Origin: Oligoflexus sp.
GTDB taxonomy: Bacteria > Bdellovibrionota_B > Oligoflexia > Oligoflexales > Oligoflexaceae
DNA length: 10,441 nucleotides
Assembly (NCBI GenBank): GCA_041736305.1
Contig: JBGSTX010000310.1
Span: 1 to 10,441, forward strand
Direction: 5' to 3'
In this document: one piece after another, positions 6,466 through 10,441 of the stretch
Layout of the letters: every line of letters begins with the position of its first letter
How positions within the stretch are numbered: position 1 is the first letter of the stretch
Position numbers and translations under genes: made by a program
Notes under the pieces: model-generated
The model's database searches: none
The model's input: only the letters and a program-made list of their open reading frames with translations
What the model was told of the DNA's origin: nothing

Positions 6466-7194
6466 ATGACGACCAAGGCTAAGCCTGACAAGGACAAGCG
6501 TGGAGTTCTGGTCTGTATATCTGGGAAGAGTCAGAACGATTTAGTAAAACTCCGGAGAGACAACACGCTATTCGGTCGCGAAAAGGCAGACATCATCGTT
6601 AGTGATGCGGAAGTGTCGGCTACCCACTGTCAAATTCAGTGCATAGATGATTCCTACCACATCTTCGATATGAACAGCAGCAACGGCACCTTCGTCAACG
6701 GTCAGCGGATCGTTAAAGCGAAACTGAAGGAAGGCGACATTGTCGAAATCGGTAAGACGGTGTTCCGCTTCGGTCTCGAGGACGAGAAGAACGTCAGGCA
6801 TATACCGACTCTCTTTACCTCCACGAAGAGCCAGGACCGCTCGACCAGCATGGTCGATACCTTAATTGAACGTGAATTGAAGCAAGCGCAGAAGGTGCAT
6901 CTCGAAATCACCGTGCAGTACGGCAACAGCACGCGAGACACAATACAGCTACATCAGAAAATAGCCTATATAGGCCGCGCTTCAAGTTTCGGACACTTCG
7001 ATCAAGATACGGAAATTTCTCGCAAGCATCTGATGATCAAACTGAACGACACCGGTGAGGTCTTCATAGAAGATCAGGGCTCGACCAACGGTTCCTTCCT
7101 CAATGGCCAGAAGATCTCGGGTCTGCATCGCGTGCAGCCGACCGATGAAGTTCGCGTTGGCCGCTGCATCCTCCGCATCGTCGCGCGCATCTGA
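6466..7194 (+). CDS. Tandem (double) FHA-domain protein, 242 aa
   Basis: FHA1: LFGRE...VSATHC...DMNSSNGTFVNG...LKEGDIVEIG. FHA2: YIGRA...ISRKHL...DQGSTNGSFLNG...VQPTDEVRVG. Starts 23 nt after the DUF420 stop, with AGGGGG before the ATG. Confidence 0.92.
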   Translation: MTTKAKPDKDKRGVLVCISGKSQNDLVKLRRDNTLFGREKADIIVSDAEVSATHCQIQCIDDSYHIFDMNSSNGTFVNGQRIVKAKLKEGDIVEIGKTVFRFGLEDEKNVRHIPTLFTSTKSQDRSTSMVDTLIERELKQAQKVHLEITVQYGNSTRDTIQLHQKIAYIGRASSFGHFDQDTEISRKHLMIKLNDTGEVFIEDQGSTNGSFLNGQKISGLHRVQPTDEVRVGRCILRIVARI

Positions 7195-7220
7195 GCTTGG
7201 TTTATTTTTAGGTTTGGCCT

Positions 7221-8663
7221 TTAGTTACGAGCCGACTTGGGGTTGCGGGGACGTTCTTCACTTTCTCTATCTTTGGCGGCCTTGGCCGCACGCAGGGGCG
7301 CAACCAGATTGCAGAGATGAGCCTTGAAGCTATAAGGCGGAGTCTGACTCTTCGCGCTCTCCGGGCACTCGACTATCTTGAGGAAGGCCGGTCCACCAAA
7401 AATCTGCTCCAAGCGCGGACTCTCAGCACGAATCAGTGAATAAGGTCCGATTCTAACGTCTGAACTCATATCAAACTGCAGATAATCGGCACTCTGCAGG
7501 CGCGCTTCTGCTTTTATAGAAGCAAACGACAGCTGGTGCTCGTGCGGCGGAAAGAAGGCTTTGCGCTCGACAGTAGCCGGACGCCTCTGGGCCAGTCCCG
7601 CGAGATAATCGCGCTCAATGAGGTCAGTTAAATTCATCGGCACGTGCTTTAAAAGGCGAATGCGTTTGCCCGCATTATTCTTCTGACCAATATCCTCATC
7701 CTTGTTACCGATACTCACAATGGTCGCATGCTCAGGTAGGAAGCGCAGCAGCTCATGAAAGTTCCGCCGGCCTTCGCCCGTCATCAGACGATCTTCGATG
7801 AAGACGAGGTCAGGGCTGAAATACTTCGGCTCGTAGACCAAACTTGAACGCTGCAAGGCTGTGTGAATTTCGTAACGGCGACGGTCTATATACTTGAGAA
7901 GAGTGGTCCTTAGGGCTGGCGACTGAATGGCTAGAAAAATCTTCGGTCGAAGGCCTAGATCGATGTTGCTGAGCTTTTCGAGAGTTTCGAGGATTTTTTC
8001 CGGCTCAGCTCTTTCCATCGTATGGGCATACCAGTTGCCAATGAGCGCCTCGGAAAAACGATAGGTAAGATTGGTTTGCTGCTTCTGCTGCACCTGAACT
8101 TCGATAGCCGGGAGACCGAGAGTCTGCGGAAAAGTTCCCTGCAATTGGATGTTGTCACCGACCGATGGGCAAGCCCGCGTTTCGAGCCAGAGCTGCTGCG
8201 CTCCTACCCAAACCAGGCGAGCTGGGACGCTGATGCTGATCCTCTCATCGATCCGATCCAGACCCTCATGCAGGGCCAAGATCGATTCGACTCCGGAAGT
8301 GGCAAATTCGAAGCGCTGGAGCCATTCCGAGTCGTCGAGGTCGAAGGGGATTATGTCGCGAAAGCCCTCGTTGATTGCAGTATCCATCAAGCTGTAATCA
8401 TTGCGACTATTGGTCAGAAGCAGGCGCGCTGCGTTGATGTCAGGAATATTGGCGAAGGTATGAATGAAGCGAACGCCGGCATCGCTAGGCCACTCGTCAC
8501 CGAGGATGACTATCTGTGCACGCTTGATGCAGATTTCTTTGATGAGAGTGTCAATGTTTTCAAAAAATAAAACCTGATAGCCGATTTCATCGAGTATGCT
8601 GGCACGTCGCTGATGCTGTTCTTCGACGGATGGGCTCAGCCAATAGACGCTGGACCTCTTCAT
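7221..8663 (-). CDS. Hypothetical signalling protein, 480 aa; apparent 2x(pseudo-receiver + PilZ-like barrel)
   Basis: Long ORF with SD GGGAG upstream of ATG 8663. CheY-like patterns (ILDEIGYQVLFF...AQIVILGD...AINEGFRDIIP; KIFLAIQS...RYEIHTA...SPDLVFIED) and an internal repeat with a period of about 235-240 aa. The CDS itself is confident; the domain call is inference. Confidence 0.6.
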   Translation of the reverse strand: MKRSSVYWLSPSVEEQHQRRASILDEIGYQVLFFENIDTLIKEICIKRAQIVILGDEWPSDAGVRFIHTFANIPDINAARLLLTNSRNDYSLMDTAINEGFRDIIPFDLDDSEWLQRFEFATSGVESILALHEGLDRIDERISISVPARLVWVGAQQLWLETRACPSVGDNIQLQGTFPQTLGLPAIEVQVQQKQQTNLTYRFSEALIGNWYAHTMERAEPEKILETLEKLSNIDLGLRPKIFLAIQSPALRTTLLKYIDRRRYEIHTALQRSSLVYEPKYFSPDLVFIEDRLMTGEGRRNFHELLRFLPEHATIVSIGNKDEDIGQKNNAGKRIRLLKHVPMNLTDLIERDYLAGLAQRRPATVERKAFFPPHEHQLSFASIKAEARLQSADYLQFDMSSDVRIGPYSLIRAESPRLEQIFGGPAFLKIVECPESAKSQTPPYSFKAHLCNLVAPLRAAKAAKDRESEERPRNPKSARN

Positions 8664-8832
8664 CGGATTCTCCCTATTGTGCTTCAATGCACCTATCGGC
8701 CTCTGATTAGCATACTTAAACCCTCAAGTCATAGAAGCGATCTCGAAATCAAAAAACTCTCTTTTGTTCGACTAGAAAAACGCCCGGCTTAGTGGGTGTA
8801 AACACTGGCTCTACCCGTCACAAACTCAGCTT

Positions 8833-8861
8833 ATGCTAATGCCCTCTGCCCGCTTTGGCAA
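8833..8861 (-). promoter_or_regulatory. Putative sigma70 promoter upstream of the 480-aa gene
   Basis: Minus strand TTGCCA (8861-8856), 17 nt, TAGCAT (8838-8833). Confidence 0.45.
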
Positions 8862-8890
8862 GTGCCCAAGTCGTGCCGTCCATCGCGCCT

Positions 8891-9217
8891 TCAAGGTTCC
8901 GAAGGCTCGTGAGTTTGCGAGAGGTCTTTGAGAAAAGGCAAAGTGCGAATATCAACCGGCTCGTCGTCCATTTCTTCGACGTAGAGAACGTTATGGTAGG
9001 GGATATGCAGGGCTTGGGTGTGTCTGAAACGCTTGCTGGCGGCGTCCTCCTCCGGAAGGATAATCATTTTGGTGTTATCGCGAAAAATGAAATCGCGAAG
9101 ACACACCAGTCCAGGCAGATTGCTGGCTTCTACGTTTCGAACCAGCACTTCCATCGGCTGACCCTGGGTTTTTTCGATAAATCGAACGCGATAGATCCTG
9201 GGCATTTTGTTAGTCAA
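8891..9217 (-). CDS. DUF1820-like small protein, about 104-108 aa
   Basis: IYRVRF...EVLVRNVEASNLPGLVCLRDFIF...IILPEED...F...LHIPYHNVLYVEE follows the DUF1820 pattern as I recall it. SD GAGGAG (9232-9227) favours TTG 9217; ATG 9205 is the alternative. The ORF-track start at 9289 lies upstream of the predicted promoter. Confidence 0.68.
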   Translation of the reverse strand: MTNKMPRIYRVRFIEKTQGQPMEVLVRNVEASNLPGLVCLRDFIFRDNTKMIILPEEDAASKRFRHTQALHIPYHNVLYVEEMDDEPVDIRTLPFLKDLSQTHEPSEP

Positions 9218-9246
9218 TGTGCGGCTCTCCTCTTGCGACTCCTGGG

Positions 9247-9274
9247 AATCTACTTTTCGCCAGACAAGTGTCAA
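9247..9274 (-). promoter_or_regulatory. Sigma70 promoter for the DUF1820-like gene
   Basis: Minus strand TTGACA (9274-9269), 16 nt, TAGATT (9252-9247). Predicted start of transcription near 9240, just upstream of the SD. Confidence 0.6.
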
Positions 9275-9404
9275 GGCTCGATACTTCAAGGAAGGGTACG
9301 TGATATTTGCGTGGTCCCCTAGGCGGAGCTTTTAGCTTGTAATGCACCCGACCTATGCTAGAACTTAGGCAGTTAGAAAAGTGGGCTTATCTAATCAAAG
9401 TCGA

Positions 9405-9432
9405 AGCGTAAGCTCGCTGACCTGGCTGTCAA
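9405..9432 (-). promoter_or_regulatory. Second minus-strand sigma70 promoter candidate with A-rich upstream tract
   Basis: Minus strand TTGACA (9432-9427), 16 nt, TACGCT (9410-9405), preceded by an A-rich tract (9459-9433) resembling an UP element. Confidence 0.4.
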
Positions 9433-9469
9433 TTCTTCTTTCTTTCTCTATTTCTTTTTAGGTGTTTTC

Positions 9470-10441
9470 ATGAAGCCTTTCAGCCCCCATTGGGCCGATC
9501 AGACAGCTGCCCGTGTTGTCAGTACTTTAGGAGACAAAGAGGAGTATACCGTCGCCAGCGGCATTACTCCTAGCGGCACGGTGCACATAGGTAATTTTCG
9601 GGAAGTGATTACGGTTGAATTTCTAGCCTTGGCTCTGCGCTCGCTTGGCAAGAAGGTGCGTTTTATATACAGCTGGGATGACTTCGACACACTCCGGAAG
9701 GTGCCTAAAAATCTACCTAAACAGGAAATGCTCAAAGAATACCTTAGACAGCCGATCAGTCGCGTTCCCGATCCCTACGATCAAGACGCGAGCTATGCGG
9801 CTCACAATATCCGCGTTTTCGAAGAAGAAATTCAAGCTGTCGGCATCCAGCCAGAATTTTTGTATCAAAGCACCCGCTATAGCAAAAGCGTCTATGCCGA
9901 GCAGATCAAGACTGCGCTAGAGCATAAAGACGCCATTAAAAAAATCCTCGATGGCTTCCGTAGCGAGCCGCTCGAGGATAATTGGCTGCCGACAACCATC
10001 TATTGTAGCGCATGTCAGCGTGACCAAATGGAGTATGAGCGCTATCCCGGCGGCTATGACTACGCATATAAATGTGCGTCATGCAAGCACGAGGAACTTG
10101 TAGATATTCGCAAGACCGGCAATCTGAAGCTCAATTGGCGTACAGACTGGCCTATGCGCTGGGCTTTTGAAGGAGTCGACTTCGAGCCAGGTGGCAAGGA
10201 TCACTCGAGCGACGGTGGCTCCTACGATACTGGCAAACTCATCGTGAAAGCTGTCTGGGAGCGGGAAGCACCGGTTTACCTGCAGTACGATTTTGTTTCC
10301 ATCAAAGGTAAAGCAGGCAAGATGTCCTCGTCGTCAGGCGAGCTTATCACCCTGAGCGAAGCGCTGGAGATTTACGAGCCGCAGATGGTTCGTTGGATAT
10401 TCGCGAATCAACGGCCCAACACTGATTTTTCTATCTCTTTC
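9470..10441 (+). CDS. lysS: Class I lysyl-tRNA synthetase (LysRS1), 3'-truncated
   Basis: Frame is open for 324 codons from ATG 9470 (SD AGGTG 9460-9464) to the window end: HWAD...ASGITPSGTVHIGNFREV (HIGN 9584-9595), SWDDFDTLRKVP, VPDP, CSAC (10004-10015), CASC (10073-10084), KLNWRTDWPMRW...VDFEPGGKDH...GGSYD, KMSSS (10319-10333). Missing from the ORF track because there is no stop in the window. Confidence 0.97.
   Translation, partial: MKPFSPHWADQTAARVVSTLGDKEEYTVASGITPSGTVHIGNFREVITVEFLALALRSLGKKVRFIYSWDDFDTLRKVPKNLPKQEMLKEYLRQPISRVPDPYDQDASYAAHNIRVFEEEIQAVGIQPEFLYQSTRYSKSVYAEQIKTALEHKDAIKKILDGFRSEPLEDNWLPTTIYCSACQRDQMEYERYPGGYDYAYKCASCKHEELVDIRKTGNLKLNWRTDWPMRWAFEGVDFEPGGKDHSSDGGSYDTGKLIVKAVWEREAPVYLQYDFVSIKGKAGKMSSSSGELITLSEALEIYEPQMVRWIFANQRPNTDFSISF

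Noticed and set aside
1..7194. Functional link between the SrkA kinase and the double-FHA protein
   Set aside because: They are about 5.7 kb apart in separate transcription units with unrelated genes between them. Nothing beyond co-occurrence supports it.
8022..8570. 182-aa plus-strand ORF and other short ORFs nested in or antisense to called genes (for example 1836-2165, 3153-3533, 9499-9735, 9645-9920)
   Set aside because: Each lies entirely within a well-supported CDS on the other strand or frame and has no motif support.
8706..8840. 9-bp inverted repeat ATTAGCATA (8706-8714) / TATGCTAAT (8832-8840) as an invertible promoter or MITE ends
   Set aside because: Too short and not extendable, no recombinase or target-site duplication, and plausibly chance or two -10-like hexamers.
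8855..9322. 155-aa plus-strand ORF
   Set aside because: Antisense shadow of the DUF1820-like gene and its promoter. TTG start, no SD, no recognisable motif.
9433..9459. Pyrimidine tract as a simple-sequence repeat for phase variation or a Lys-rich attenuator peptide for lysS
   Set aside because: It is not a regular repeat, the Lys-like codons are on the strand opposite to lysS, and there is no leader ORF. A U-rich translational enhancer or UP element explains it better.
1..10441. CRISPR array, tRNA/rRNA, transposase/integrase, phage or defence genes
   Set aside because: No periodic direct repeats, cloverleaf signatures or relevant protein motifs were seen.

Overview
A roughly 50% GC bacterial chromosomal segment with no mobile element, CRISPR array, tRNA or rRNA recognisable. 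It holds 11 CDS: a 5'-truncated SrkA/YihE Ser/Thr kinase (+), a PfpI/YhbO-family protein (+), an orphan PAS histidine kinase (-), nadA (-), a secreted beta-rich hypothetical protein (-) whose start overlaps the end of a TPR plus C-terminal winged-helix regulator (-) that has a sigma54-like promoter, a DUF420 membrane protein (+), a double-FHA protein (+), a 480-aa protein that looks like a tandem duplication of pseudo-receiver plus PilZ-like barrel (-), a DUF1820-like protein (-), and a 3'-truncated class I lysyl-tRNA synthetase (+) absent from the ORF track. The gene content is reminiscent of Bdellovibrionota/Oligoflexia or related lineages, but that is inference only. The most interesting items are the duplicated pseudoREC-PilZ-like protein, the sigma54/TPR-wHTH/secreted-protein unit, and a structured nadA leader. 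All family calls come from recognising motifs by eye; no searches were run.
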